Notes under the pieces: generated by a model
The model's database searches: none
What the model saw: the letters and a program-made list of their open reading frames with translations, nothing else
What the model was told of the DNA's origin: nothing
Program-made: the position numbers and the translations under genes
DNA from: Thermodesulfobacteriota bacterium
GTDB taxonomy: Bacteria; Desulfobacterota_D; UBA1144; Nemesobacterales; N074bin48
Direction of reading: 5' to 3'
DNA length: 64,000 nucleotides
Assembly (NCBI GenBank): GCA_041572575.1
Contig: JBFFSH010000001.1
Coordinates: forward strand, 11,341 to 75,340
Shown: positions 9,560 through 19,140 of the stretch, piece after piece
Position numbering within the stretch: the first letter of the stretch is position 1
Layout: every line of letters starts with the position of its first letter

Positions 9560-10333
9560 ATGAGAAAATTATTACTATTAAATTTAATTACCTTAACATT
9601 AATTATTGGGTGTGGTTCTAAAAAACCAATAGAAGGAAATAACGCAAAGGCAATGTATGACAAAGCCCTGGAAGAGCTGAGCAAGGATAAAGGCGGCTTT
9701 TTTGGCCTTTTTAACGCTACGGACTATGGAACAATTGAAGAAACTCTAAAAGAAATACAAATAAGATATACATACAGTCCATACGCAACGCTTGCCGAGC
9801 TTAGAACAGCAGATACATATTTCAAGCGGGGAGAGTATGAGCAGGCCGCTATAGAGTACGAAGAATTCATTAAAAGACACCCTTCTCACAACGGCACCGA
9901 ATATGCAACTTTTTTTCTGGCACTTTGCAACTTTAAATCTATTAGAGGACACGACAGAGATCCAAGTGGTGCAAGGGAAGCTGTTAAATGGTTAAACGAA
10001 TATATAGAGCAATACCCCGATTCTCCACTAGTCCAACAAGCACATAATAATATAAGAGAAACAATAGATGTACTTGCTGAAAGAGAAATATATATTGGAG
10101 ACTATTATTACAATAAAAATAACTTTAAAGCATCTTCAGAACGCTACAAAACGGTTATAGATCAATATCCCCAGACAACACACTATGCAAAGGCACTATA
10201 CCTTTTAGGAAAGTCATACTCTGATATGAATGAAAATAGCCTAGCTCTATCTGCGCTCAATAGGGTAATAAATGAATTTCCCAATTCAAAATATAATAAA
10301 GATGCTTTAGAGCTTGCATCCAGAATAAAGTAG
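9560..10333 (+). CDS. bamD: Outer-membrane protein assembly factor BamD (TPR lipoprotein).
   Basis: Lipoprotein signal LIIGC and TPR repeats, in YfiO/BamD-like arrangement. Confidence 0.75.
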   Translation: MRKLLLLNLITLTLIIGCGSKKPIEGNNAKAMYDKALEELSKDKGGFFGLFNATDYGTIEETLKEIQIRYTYSPYATLAELRTADTYFKRGEYEQAAIEYEEFIKRHPSHNGTEYATFFLALCNFKSIRGHDRDPSGAREAVKWLNEYIEQYPDSPLVQQAHNNIRETIDVLAEREIYIGDYYYNKNNFKASSERYKTVIDQYPQTTHYAKALYLLGKSYSDMNENSLALSALNRVINEFPNSKYNKDALELASRIK

Positions 10334-10335
10334 GG

Positions 10336-10800
10336 ATGAAAAAGAGCATCAAATATGTAGTACTGACGCTGTTATTTGCACTTCCTATATTATCGTGCGG
10401 AAATGCTGATAACAATGATATCAAAAAAGTGCTCAGTGACAGGCAGACTGCATTTGAGACAAAAGATTTACAACTCTATCTTAGCTGCATTTCTCCAGAT
10501 TATAGCCAAAAAGCAGAAGATTCTGTCATAGGTATTGAAGAACTAAGCAAAAACTTCCAAACAAACACAACAGTTTTTGATACACTAAAAATTACACGAA
10601 AAGACATTAGCATATATATGAAAGGGCAGGGTATTGCCGAAGTGTATCAAAAATCGCTTTTCAACCTAAAGATAGAATCACAATCCAGCAAATTCAAAAC
10701 GGTTGAGAAAATGCTTTTTGAAAAAAAGGGAGGTAACTGGAAGATTGTAAAAGAATCAGAACTTGATCTGTTTAGGGGATTTGTTTTTGGTTCTAAATAG
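10336..10800 (+). CDS. Hypothetical lipoprotein, 154 aa.
   Basis: Signal peptide with a lipobox-like ILSCG. Begins 2 nt after bamD. Confidence 0.5.
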   Translation: MKKSIKYVVLTLLFALPILSCGNADNNDIKKVLSDRQTAFETKDLQLYLSCISPDYSQKAEDSVIGIEELSKNFQTNTTVFDTLKITRKDISIYMKGQGIAEVYQKSLFNLKIESQSSKFKTVEKMLFEKKGGNWKIVKESELDLFRGFVFGSK

Positions 10801-10805
10801 AAAAA

Positions 10806-11171
10806 TTATAATCCAAACTGCTTTTCCACTTTTTCCTGTTCTTCCTTGCAGTTTATACAAAGAGTAGTCTCAGGGCGGGCTTTTAATCTGTTTGCCGATA
10901 TATCTTCTCCACAGTCATCGCACACCCCATAAGTACCGTCCTCAGTCCTGGCTATTGCCTGTTTGATTTTCTGTATGAGTTTTCTCTCGCGGTCTCTCTT
11001 TCTAAGCTCTATGCTTCTATTTGATTCAGACATTGCTCTGTCCAGAGGGTCCGGAAATGGATCATCGCCCTGGCTCAGGTCATCCAGGGTTTCACCTGCA
11101 GTGCCCATAAGCATATCCATACGCTGCTGCAGGAGGTCTTTATACATTTTTAGATCAGTTGCTTTCATCAA
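10806..11171 (-). CDS. DksA/TraR-family C4 zinc-finger protein.
   Basis: C-terminal CDDCGEDISANRLKARPETTLCINCK is a Cys4 DksA-type finger. An acidic coiled region precedes it. Confidence 0.75.
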   Translation of the reverse strand: MMKATDLKMYKDLLQQRMDMLMGTAGETLDDLSQGDDPFPDPLDRAMSESNRSIELRKRDRERKLIQKIKQAIARTEDGTYGVCDDCGEDISANRLKARPETTLCINCKEEQEKVEKQFGL

Positions 11172-11205
11172 ATCCTCAATAAATTAATTAATTTATTACA
11201 TGAGT

Positions 11206-11226
11206 CTATCAATTTATTATTGATAG
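11206..11226. promoter_or_regulatory. Perfect palindrome CTATCAAT-ttatt-ATTGATAG immediately upstream of a TTGACA -35 hexamer (11234-11239) in the divergent dksA-like/mtnA promoter region.
   Basis: Read directly from the sequence: two 8-bp arms with a 5-nt spacer. Confidence 0.4.
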
Positions 11227-11330
11227 TCAATTGTTGACAATGTGAAATATTGTATATATTAAGACATCAATTCTTTTCTAAAATTGGGATTCATCTAATC
11301 ATTAATAATAAAGACCACAGGAGAGTATAG

Positions 11331-12371
11331 TTGAGCAAATTTAGTACAATTGAGTGGAAAGATGGAAGCGTTGTTATGATAGATCAGCGCAAACTTCCTA
11401 CTGAAGAAACGTATATTAAATGCACTACCTCTGCACAGGTCGCAAAAGCCATTAAAGAGATGGTAATAAGGGGCGCTCCTGCAATAGGAGTTGCTGCAGC
11501 AATGGGTGTTGCGCTTGGTGCAAAAAAAATAAGAGCGAAAAATAAGGATATATTTTTTAGTAAGCTAAAATCCTTATCAGATGAAATAGCATCTACCCGC
11601 CCTACTGCTGTAAATCTCTTTTGGGCTGTAAAGAGAATGAATGATCTTGCAAATTCTCTAAAAAATGAGGAAATTGAAAATATTGTTACAAGACTTATCC
11701 AAGAAGCAGAACTTATACGCAAAGAAGACATTGAGATTTGTAAAGATATAGGAAAAATGGGTGCAAAACTGCTAAAAAAGGGAAACAACGTTATTACCCA
11801 CTGTAATGCCGGCGCTCTTGCAACGGCAGGTTATGGTACGGCGCTAGGAGTTTTGAGGGCAGCTAGTGAGCAGGGCAAGAACATTCATGTTTACTCCACT
11901 GAAACAAGGCCCTTTCTACAGGGCTCCAGACTTACCGCCTGGGAGCTTAGTAAAGACAATATCCCTGTGACTATTATTACCGACAGTATGGCAGGCCATG
12001 TTATGAGAAGTAAAAACATCGATGCAGTAGTAGTAGGGGCTGATAGAATAGCTGCAAACGGAGACGTAGCTAATAAAATAGGCACTTTTTCACTATCAAT
12101 ACTTGCTAAGCATCATAAAATTCCATTTTATGTAGCAGCTCCACTATCTACAATCGATGTTAACTGTGCTTCGGGAGACAAAATACCAATTGAACAAAGA
12201 GATCCTGCTGAAATAAGCACTATTAAGGGTAAGAGGATTGCAGCAGATACAGATATCTATAACCCTGCATTTGATATTACACCAAACAAAAATATTGATG
12301 CGATTATTACTGAAAAAGGTGTGATTACTCGTCCTTATATTAAATCAATATCAAAGCTTTTTAATAACTAG
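11331..12371 (+). CDS. mtnA: S-methyl-5-thioribose-1-phosphate isomerase (eIF-2B-like family).
   Basis: MSKFSTIEWKDGSVVMIDQRKLP start plus conserved GAPAIG and HCNAGALAT motifs. Confidence 0.85.
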   Translation: MSKFSTIEWKDGSVVMIDQRKLPTEETYIKCTTSAQVAKAIKEMVIRGAPAIGVAAAMGVALGAKKIRAKNKDIFFSKLKSLSDEIASTRPTAVNLFWAVKRMNDLANSLKNEEIENIVTRLIQEAELIRKEDIEICKDIGKMGAKLLKKGNNVITHCNAGALATAGYGTALGVLRAASEQGKNIHVYSTETRPFLQGSRLTAWELSKDNIPVTIITDSMAGHVMRSKNIDAVVVGADRIAANGDVANKIGTFSLSILAKHHKIPFYVAAPLSTIDVNCASGDKIPIEQRDPAEISTIKGKRIAADTDIYNPAFDITPNKNIDAIITEKGVITRPYIKSISKLFNN

Positions 12372-12895
12372 AGCTCACCGTGTCTTTCAAGCTCAATTTT
12401 GCACGATAGGCAAAGTTTTGCAAAGGGCATCACTCTGAGCCTGTCTTCGCCTATTTCATCCATACAGTTATCGCACTCTCCATAAACACCTTCTTCTATG
12501 CGTTTTAGGGATTCATCGATTTGAATAAGCTTGGTACGCTCTCTATCTGTAAACATAAGAGCAAGTTCTCTGTCTCTGTCATTGGATGCATGATCGTAAA
12601 AATCACCCACGTCATTTTTTAGATAGTCCGATTCATCTTTTATTGACTTTCCGACGTCCTGCAACAGCTCTTTTTTCATCTGCTCAAGCATTAGTTTAAT
12701 TTCATCTTTCCAGTCAGAAGCTTTTGCTTTTTTCGTGGGTTTAGGAGTTGCAGATAAATCTTTAGCAGCAGATGTCTTGGTAGTTTTTTTGGCTGCTTTA
12801 GCGGTAGTTTTCTTAGTGGCTGCCGCACGTGTTGTTTTTTTTGTTTTTTCTGTATCAGCTTTTTTCTGTCTTGGCATATTAGTCTCTGTCATCAC
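12368..12895 (-). CDS. DksA/TraR-family zinc-finger protein with a Lys/Ala/Thr-rich histone-H1-like N-terminal tail.
   Basis: C-terminal CDNCMDEIGEDRLRVMPFAKLCLSCK Cys4 finger. N-terminal 60 aa are KKTT/AKKA repeats. The 3' end overlaps the mtnA stop (convergent). Confidence 0.7.
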   Translation of the reverse strand: MMTETNMPRQKKADTEKTKKTTRAAATKKTTAKAAKKTTKTSAAKDLSATPKPTKKAKASDWKDEIKLMLEQMKKELLQDVGKSIKDESDYLKNDVGDFYDHASNDRDRELALMFTDRERTKLIQIDESLKRIEEGVYGECDNCMDEIGEDRLRVMPFAKLCLSCKIELERHGEL

Positions 12896-13066
12896 CTGAA
12901 AATTTTAAGGTTTATTAAGATAAGCAGGCAATCATTTTTGTCAAGTAATAATCATACAAACTCTGATGTAAAAAATCATGTTTTTTCAAATTTATTACAA
13001 ATGTGATATTATGAGTAAAGCTTATTTTATACCGAATTTAAGATATATTAGTATAGAATTAACTAA

Positions 13067-14620
13067 ATGAGCAACAATCGTTCAGGCAAACGAGAGCTAT
13101 GGAACTCTAAAACAGGCCTTATTCTGGCTATGGCTGGAAACGCTATAGGACTTGGCAATTTCCTTCGCTTTCCTGTACAGGCAGCTGAAAACGGCGGTGG
13201 GGCGTTTATGGTGCCCTATATAATCTCATTTTTTCTCATCGGTATCCCTATTATGTGGTGCGAATGGGCAATAGGCAGATACGGTGGCTCCAAGGGCCAT
13301 GGTACTACTCCTTCGATATTTGCCCTCTTATGGGATCATCCGGCTGCAAAAATAATAGGAGTTCTCGGGCTTTGGATTCCCCTTATAGTAGCAATATATT
13401 ATATTTATATTGAATCCTGGACCCTTGGATATTCTCTTCATTTTCTTCTTGGCTCAAGCCCTGAAATTCCTACTACCAATACTGAAGATGTAAATGCTTA
13501 TATTAAACCATTTGGTGACTTCTTAGGTACATATATCGGAGCTGGTGAAGTATTTTTAAAGCCTTCGACAATGGCTTATACGGCATTTGTAATTACCCTT
13601 ATTATTAATTTCACAATTCTTTTAAAAGGTATTAGCAGGGGTATAGAAATTTTTGCAAAATTCGCGCTTCCCACTTTATTTATACTTGCAATAATTCTTC
13701 TTATTAGAGTATTAACCCTGGATACTCCGCATGGAAATGCCATTGCCGGGCTAAATTTCCTGTGGACCCCCGACCTGCAGGCTCTTAAAAATCCAAACGT
13801 ATGGATTGCAGCAGCAGGACAGATGTTTTTTACTCTTAGCCTGGGTTTTGGAGCAATAATAACCTATGCGTCATATGTTAAGCATGACCACGACATAACC
13901 TTGAGTGGTCTTACTTCGGCATCATTAAATGAAACAGTTGAGGTTGTAATAGGAGGTTCAATTGCTATTCCAGCGGCTGTTGCATTTTTTGGAGTAACAG
14001 GAGCTATTGTAATAGCCCAGTCCGGAGCATTCAGCCTTGGTTTTGTTAGTGTGCCTGCAATATTCGCATCAATGCCTCTTGGAAACTTATTTGGGTTTTT
14101 ATGGTTTTTTCTTCTTTTCTTTGCAGGTCTTACATCGTCTGTTGCTATTACCCAACCAATCATAACATTCTTTCAGGATGAATTTTCTTATACACGAACC
14201 AAGTCGATTGTAGTTTCATATATTATAATTGTAGTAAGCGTAATAATGGTTATTTTTGTAGATAAAACAATTGATGAATGGGATTTTTGGGCAGGAACAA
14301 TAGGAGTTGTCCTTTTGGGGTTTTTTGAGCTTATAATATTTATTTGGATTTTTGGAGGGGAAAAAGCATGGGAGGAAGTAAACAGGCACGGACTTATAAG
14401 AGCTCCAAAGATATTTTATTACATAATGAGATATATAACCCCTCTATTTTTACTTCTGTTGATTGCATTTTGGGGCTATGATTTTCTGCCAAAGATACTT
14501 GAGCAAAGCTCATGGAACATCTGGCTTTCAAGAGCTTATATTATAGGACTTTTTGTATTTTTAACGTTTCTTGTGTTCAGATCAGAATCAAAAAAGGAGG
14601 CTAAGCCAATTGGAAATTAG
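13067..14620 (+). CDS. Sodium-dependent transporter, SNF (neurotransmitter:sodium symporter) family.
   Basis: [13 protein letters not shown]...[11 protein letters not shown] signature, about 12 TM segments, 517 aa. Confidence 0.85.
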   Translation: MSNNRSGKRELWNSKTGLILAMAGNAIGLGNFLRFPVQAAENGGGAFMVPYIISFFLIGIPIMWCEWAIGRYGGSKGHGTTPSIFALLWDHPAAKIIGVLGLWIPLIVAIYYIYIESWTLGYSLHFLLGSSPEIPTTNTEDVNAYIKPFGDFLGTYIGAGEVFLKPSTMAYTAFVITLIINFTILLKGISRGIEIFAKFALPTLFILAIILLIRVLTLDTPHGNAIAGLNFLWTPDLQALKNPNVWIAAAGQMFFTLSLGFGAIITYASYVKHDHDITLSGLTSASLNETVEVVIGGSIAIPAAVAFFGVTGAIVIAQSGAFSLGFVSVPAIFASMPLGNLFGFLWFFLLFFAGLTSSVAITQPIITFFQDEFSYTRTKSIVVSYIIIVVSVIMVIFVDKTIDEWDFWAGTIGVVLLGFFELIIFIWIFGGEKAWEEVNRHGLIRAPKIFYYIMRYITPLFLLLLIAFWGYDFLPKILEQSSWNIWLSRAYIIGLFVFLTFLVFRSESKKEAKPIGN

Positions 14621-14715
14621 TGCTCTTATGTTTATGACTGGTTCCTGGGGATTTATTTTATCTCTGTTGACCTACTGCATTTATAAGCTTATGACTGCAA
14701 TAAAGAAATAAAGTT

Positions 14716-15468
14716 CTATTTTTTATAGAAATCTTTTTCCCACTTCTTCTGGTTTTGGCTTGCTTCCTGCATTGCCGGAATATACTGGGCTGCAAAGACC
14801 ATAAATTTATTAATCAAGTTATATGGAAACTTTATTGGTCTTACAAAATCAACAAAGAGCACTACTCTGAAGCCATCAGTATCGTTCCAGACTTCATGTT
14901 CATAGGTATCATCAAATACTATACTTTGCCCTTCATCCCATACATGAATCTGGTCGTCTACTCTTATCCTGCATTTTTCCTTTGGCTGTGGAACTATAAG
15001 CCCCAGATGATATCTTAACACTCCGTTGAAAGGGCCTTTATGAGCCGGGATATGTTTATTGGGCGATAGTATTGAAAAAAATGCTGTCTTCATACCAGGG
15101 ATTTTTTTAAGAATCCTTGCTGTTTCCGGACACCTTTTACAGTTTTCCTTACTTTCAATACCATATCCTGCAAGAAAATAAGTCTTCCAGTTATTATCAG
15201 TAGTTATCGCATCCACCCCAGGCATAATATTCTGGAAATTTGGAAGTTCTGATCTGTGCTTCATTACATCCTCAAGCTCACTTCTAATACTAAGCCACTC
15301 ATCTTCAACTTCTTTTACCCACGGAAAGCTAGAATTATCATATACTGGCGGGTTGCCGTTTATGGAATATCTTTCATTAATTCCCTCAGCCCAGTTAATG
15401 AATGATGAAAGCCCTCCTGCGTACTTTTTGGGTGGATTAAAACCTTTTGAGGTGTTGTCATTACTCAT
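14716..15468 (-). CDS. Aspartyl/asparaginyl beta-hydroxylase-family Fe(II)/2-oxoglutarate dioxygenase (LpxO/OlsC-like).
   Basis: AspH cupin core with HxD/E...H-type motifs (HIPAHKGPFNG...HEVWN). Third gene of a 3-gene operon. Confidence 0.7.
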   Translation of the reverse strand: MSNDNTSKGFNPPKKYAGGLSSFINWAEGINERYSINGNPPVYDNSSFPWVKEVEDEWLSIRSELEDVMKHRSELPNFQNIMPGVDAITTDNNWKTYFLAGYGIESKENCKRCPETARILKKIPGMKTAFFSILSPNKHIPAHKGPFNGVLRYHLGLIVPQPKEKCRIRVDDQIHVWDEGQSIVFDDTYEHEVWNDTDGFRVVLFVDFVRPIKFPYNLINKFMVFAAQYIPAMQEASQNQKKWEKDFYKK

Positions 15469-15477
15469 GATATTAGA

Positions 15478-16788
15478 TCAGCCCTTTTGATTTGAATAAT
15501 TTTTAATATTTAAATAATCTTCTATAAGATGAATAAAAAACAGCAACATTGCAAATGTAAGAAGTCCGAACATCCAGGTGTATCCACCAATAATAGAAAC
15601 AATCATAAATCCCATAGCATAAGCGTTTCTTCTTGACAGCGGCCTTAGAAATAAAATAAACCTTCTTATAAAAGAGGGATTATCCTCGTATTTATCTATT
15701 GTGAAATATTCTACAAGACTTCCCGAGTTTGTATATTTGGAAAGATAATGAAAAGACCAGATTAGAAAGAAGAAAAATACAAACAGGTTAAAAAGGCCAA
15801 AGAATATAGCAAGATTGCTGTCCGACACCCTGTAATATCCTATTGTAAGACCAATAAAAAAGGAGAGCACAGTAAATTGATCAGATATTGTATCCACCCA
15901 CTGCCCGGTTTTGGTTTCCATGAGCTTTACCCTTGCAACTTCACCATCACATCTGTCTAAAACTGTTGCAACATACAAGAAAAAACAGCCCCATACCGGA
16001 TGACCGAGAGCAAGGAATACTCCTGACATCATACCTATTACATTTAACAACACGCTTATCATATTGGGAGTAAGAGAAGTCTTAACAAGCTGCCGGCTTG
16101 TAGGAAGTGAAAATCTGCTGTTTATTTTTCTCGATACCCAGCCAGTAGCGGTTTTACCAACATTTGAGAAAAGTATTTCTTTTGCCTCATTAAAAGATTG
16201 ATCAGTATCATTTAAATGATACCAGTAGCCACTGGTTATTTGCTGATATTTGATTTTTGCTGAAGAGCTCAGTTTATTAGATACGAAACTGCCTATAGAG
16301 TCAGAAGAGTTAATTATCTTTTTAAGCTCCTTACCAGTAGATATGAAAGCACCTATTGCCTGCCCACTGTTTTTAAAGCTGCCTTCAATTTTACCATTGT
16401 TTAGTGTAAGAGAAGGATTATCTAACTCATCTACAAGAATCAAAAAATCATTTTTAGCAATTTTTTGATTAATAAAATCTTTTAGGCTTTCAGGAGTAAT
16501 AACGAGATTGGATTGTAAAACAAGGCAGTGCTCATCATCCAAACTAATCTTTTCTCCCTTTTTATGCCAGTTGACACTAGAAGATATTCTCTTATCAGTT
16601 TCAATATTATCCAGTGCATGATAATTGTCAGTTTGGGTTAGGACGGTAAATTTACTTATACCTGCCCTCTGAGCCACAATTATTAGTCTGTTTAGCTGCG
16701 GAACTCCGACGAGTTCTTTGGTGGGAAATTCGGATAAATCTGCCCCGTCAATGCCGGTGCCGCTTGCAACAATGATTGCATGATACAT
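15478..16788 (-). CDS. Fusion protein: N-terminal degenerate nucleotidyltransferase-like domain plus C-terminal CDP-alcohol phosphatidyltransferase membrane domain.
   Basis: The C-terminus carries D-x2-DG-x2-AR-x8-G-x3-D (DRCDGEVARVKLMETKTGQWVDTISD) and several TM helices. The N-terminal AIIVASGTGIDG resembles a sugar-phosphate nucleotidyltransferase P-loop. Confidence 0.7.
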   Translation of the reverse strand: MYHAIIVASGTGIDGADLSEFPTKELVGVPQLNRLIIVAQRAGISKFTVLTQTDNYHALDNIETDKRISSSVNWHKKGEKISLDDEHCLVLQSNLVITPESLKDFINQKIAKNDFLILVDELDNPSLTLNNGKIEGSFKNSGQAIGAFISTGKELKKIINSSDSIGSFVSNKLSSSAKIKYQQITSGYWYHLNDTDQSFNEAKEILFSNVGKTATGWVSRKINSRFSLPTSRQLVKTSLTPNMISVLLNVIGMMSGVFLALGHPVWGCFFLYVATVLDRCDGEVARVKLMETKTGQWVDTISDQFTVLSFFIGLTIGYYRVSDSNLAIFFGLFNLFVFFFFLIWSFHYLSKYTNSGSLVEYFTIDKYEDNPSFIRRFILFLRPLSRRNAYAMGFMIVSIIGGYTWMFGLLTFAMLLFFIHLIEDYLNIKNYSNQKG

Positions 16789-16796
16789 TTGTAGTA

Positions 16797-17591
16797 TTAT
16801 CTGTTGCTATCAACAACCCTAAGCAATCTTTGTTCGTATGGCACATCCGTCTGGAACTTGCTATCTATAAACTTGCTTGCATTAATTCTTGCTTTAAAGA
16901 GGTCTCCGGGATAGTCAACATCCATCCAGAACATATCTTCTACATCAAAGGATTTAACTTTGTATCCTTTTTCAATGAGCCTGTGTATTGCAGATATATA
17001 CCATTTTTTCTCAGGATTCTCTGACCTCATCTCCTCTTCAATCGATCTTTTTAAAAGCTCTACGCCTGTATCTCTAAAAACCCTTACGCCGACTGATTCT
17101 GCGCTTGGTGAACTCTCAAGTGACTTGCCAACTTCTACGATGTTTCCTTCCTTTACTACAATCTTCATATCCTCATCTTCATACTCGTCTCTTTTCTTTG
17201 CAGGAAGGCAAATCTTATCTTCGAGCATACTGAGCGCCGAATCAAGCACTTCAAGTTCAAACACATCATCACCATTCATCACTACTATATCCTGATCCAT
17301 TTCACCACGTGCTATCCAGAGTGAAATCAGGCTGTTGGTTGTTTGATAGAATGGATTATAAAGTGTCTTAATCTTTAAACCCAGTCCATCGTAGTTTCTC
17401 AGAAAATCTTCTACTTTTTCAAATCCAAAACCAATTACTATTACTACTTCGTCAATCCCGCAAGCTCTAATGCTGTTTATTTGATGTTCAAGGATGGTAA
17501 CCCCGCCTACATCCAACAAACACTTAGGAATATATTTTGTATAAGGATATAGCCTTTTGCCCCTACCTGCTGCAAGTATAATTGCTTTCAT
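16797..17591 (-). CDS. Sugar-phosphate or alcohol-phosphate nucleotidyltransferase (LicC/IPCT-like cytidylyltransferase).
   Basis: MKAIILAAGRGKRLYPYTKYIPKCLL is the NTP-transferase glycine-rich loop. 264 aa. Confidence 0.75.
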   Translation of the reverse strand: MKAIILAAGRGKRLYPYTKYIPKCLLDVGGVTILEHQINSIRACGIDEVVIVIGFGFEKVEDFLRNYDGLGLKIKTLYNPFYQTTNSLISLWIARGEMDQDIVVMNGDDVFELEVLDSALSMLEDKICLPAKKRDEYEDEDMKIVVKEGNIVEVGKSLESSPSAESVGVRVFRDTGVELLKRSIEEEMRSENPEKKWYISAIHRLIEKGYKVKSFDVEDMFWMDVDYPGDLFKARINASKFIDSKFQTDVPYEQRLLRVVDSNR

Positions 17592-17892
17592 TAGTATTTC
17601 TCCAAATTCTCCAAATCAGTTATTACAGTTGCTGAGTTGCAACATAGGTAGGTTTTATAAGTATTTTTGAATAAAAATACACCTTCATCCTACCATCTCC
17701 TTTAATAAACTTAGATTTATAACCTCTTTCTTCTTAGATGTCAATATTATGATGTTTTGTATCTTTTAAAAGATGCATCAAAATTTTAAATTGAATTTTA
17801 CATTAAAATCATAAATATTTCTAACAATCACCACAGAAACTTTCTCAAACTATGGCAATTTGTATAATGTCAGGTAATTTCAAAATTATTTA

Positions 17893-18282
17893 TTACGAGC
17901 CTGCTACCTTCAGCTTTGCAACATGATCTGATATATGTTTAACAGAATTATCATCATTTACATAAATCAGCTTAGGTTTGTGGAGACTAGCCTCATTTTC
18001 TGAGTAATCTGCATAGTTTGCAATTATCACCAGATCGCCTGTTTTTGCCAGATGAGCTGCTGCACCATTTATGCATATATGTCCTGAGTTCCTCTGCCCT
18101 TCTATAACATAAGTGGAAAGCCTGTTACCATTTGTAATGTTATAGATATGCACCTGTTCATATTCCTGCAGGTCTGCAAGATCCATAAGCTCGCGGTCAA
18201 TGGTAACGCTGCCTTCATAGTCAACATTAGCATCTGTAACCGTTGCCCTGTGAATCTTAGATTTTAATAATGTGCGGTGCAT
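17893..18282 (-). CDS. panD: Aspartate 1-decarboxylase.
   Basis: [29 protein letters not shown] with the pyruvoyl-forming G-S site. 129 aa. Confidence 0.9.
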   Translation of the reverse strand: MHRTLLKSKIHRATVTDANVDYEGSVTIDRELMDLADLQEYEQVHIYNITNGNRLSTYVIEGQRNSGHICINGAAAHLAKTGDLVIIANYADYSENEASLHKPKLIYVNDDNSVKHISDHVAKLKVAGS

Positions 18283-18297
18283 TATCTTACCTCCTTA

Positions 18298-19137
18298 TCA
18301 AAGCCTTATATTGTCTATGAGTCTGGTTCCATCCAGCCTTGCTGCTACTGCTACCACATCTCCAGAGCTCACCGCTTTTTTTTCACTTAAATTTTGTCCG
18401 TCTACTATCTCTAAATATTCAATTTCGCGTATATCCGCTTCATTCAAGATTGAATAAGCAGTGTCCAGTAAATTTTTCTTATCATTAACTCCGCTGTCAA
18501 ACTGCTTTTTTACATTAAACAGAGCATCAGATATTGATGCTGCTTGTTGTCTTTTGTCACTTTTTAGATATTCATTCCTAGAACTCATTGCAAGACCACT
18601 CTCCTCCCTTACAATTGGGTGGGACAGAACCTCAACATCCACATTCAGGTCAGAAACCATTTGTCTTATTACACATAGCTGCTGATAATCCTTTTCGCCA
18701 AAAACTGCATAATGGGGTTTTACAATATTGAATAGTTTTAGAACAACTGTAACCACGCCCCCGAAATGACCGGGTCTGAACTTTCCGCAAAGTGGCTTTT
18801 GAATTTCCTGCACTTCTACAGTGGTTTGAAAACCGCCGGGGTACATATTGTCTGCACTCGGGAAAAATATGGCATCTACTCCCAGCTCTTCCAGAAGGTT
18901 TTTATCTTTGTCCAGATCTCTGGGGTATTTATCAAAATCTTCATTGGGACCAAACTGTGTAGGGTTTACGAATATGCTTACTACTAATATGTCTGAAAGA
19001 TTGCGCGCATTTTTTACTAGCTGCAGATGACCTTCATGCAGTGCACCCATTGTAGGTACAAATGAAATAGTATTTCCCTGCGATCTATGTGATTCGGAAA
19101 AGGCTTTCATATCTGCAATATTGTCTATCAGTTCCAT
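18298..19137 (-). CDS. panC: Pantoate--beta-alanine ligase.
   Basis: PTMGALHEGH HIGH-like motif. 279 aa. Lies between panB and panD. Confidence 0.9.
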   Translation of the reverse strand: MELIDNIADMKAFSESHRSQGNTISFVPTMGALHEGHLQLVKNARNLSDILVVSIFVNPTQFGPNEDFDKYPRDLDKDKNLLEELGVDAIFFPSADNMYPGGFQTTVEVQEIQKPLCGKFRPGHFGGVVTVVLKLFNIVKPHYAVFGEKDYQQLCVIRQMVSDLNVDVEVLSHPIVREESGLAMSSRNEYLKSDKRQQAASISDALFNVKKQFDSGVNDKKNLLDTAYSILNEADIREIEYLEIVDGQNLSEKKAVSSGDVVAVAARLDGTRLIDNIRL

Positions 19138-19140
19138 ATT

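Noticed and set aside
11384-12085. Minus-strand ORFs of 134 and 64 aa inside mtnA
   Set aside because: Antisense artefacts of a well-conserved gene.
12700-12860. Repetitive DNA encoding KKTT/AKKA motifs, considered as a possible tandem repeat or contingency locus
   Set aside because: It is in-frame coding low complexity within the DksA-like gene. There are no perfect tandem units.
17664-17683. GTATTTTT-gaat-AAAAATAC hairpin between panD and the cytidylyltransferase operon
   Set aside because: The stem is entirely A/T and would be thermodynamically weak. Not convincing as a terminator.
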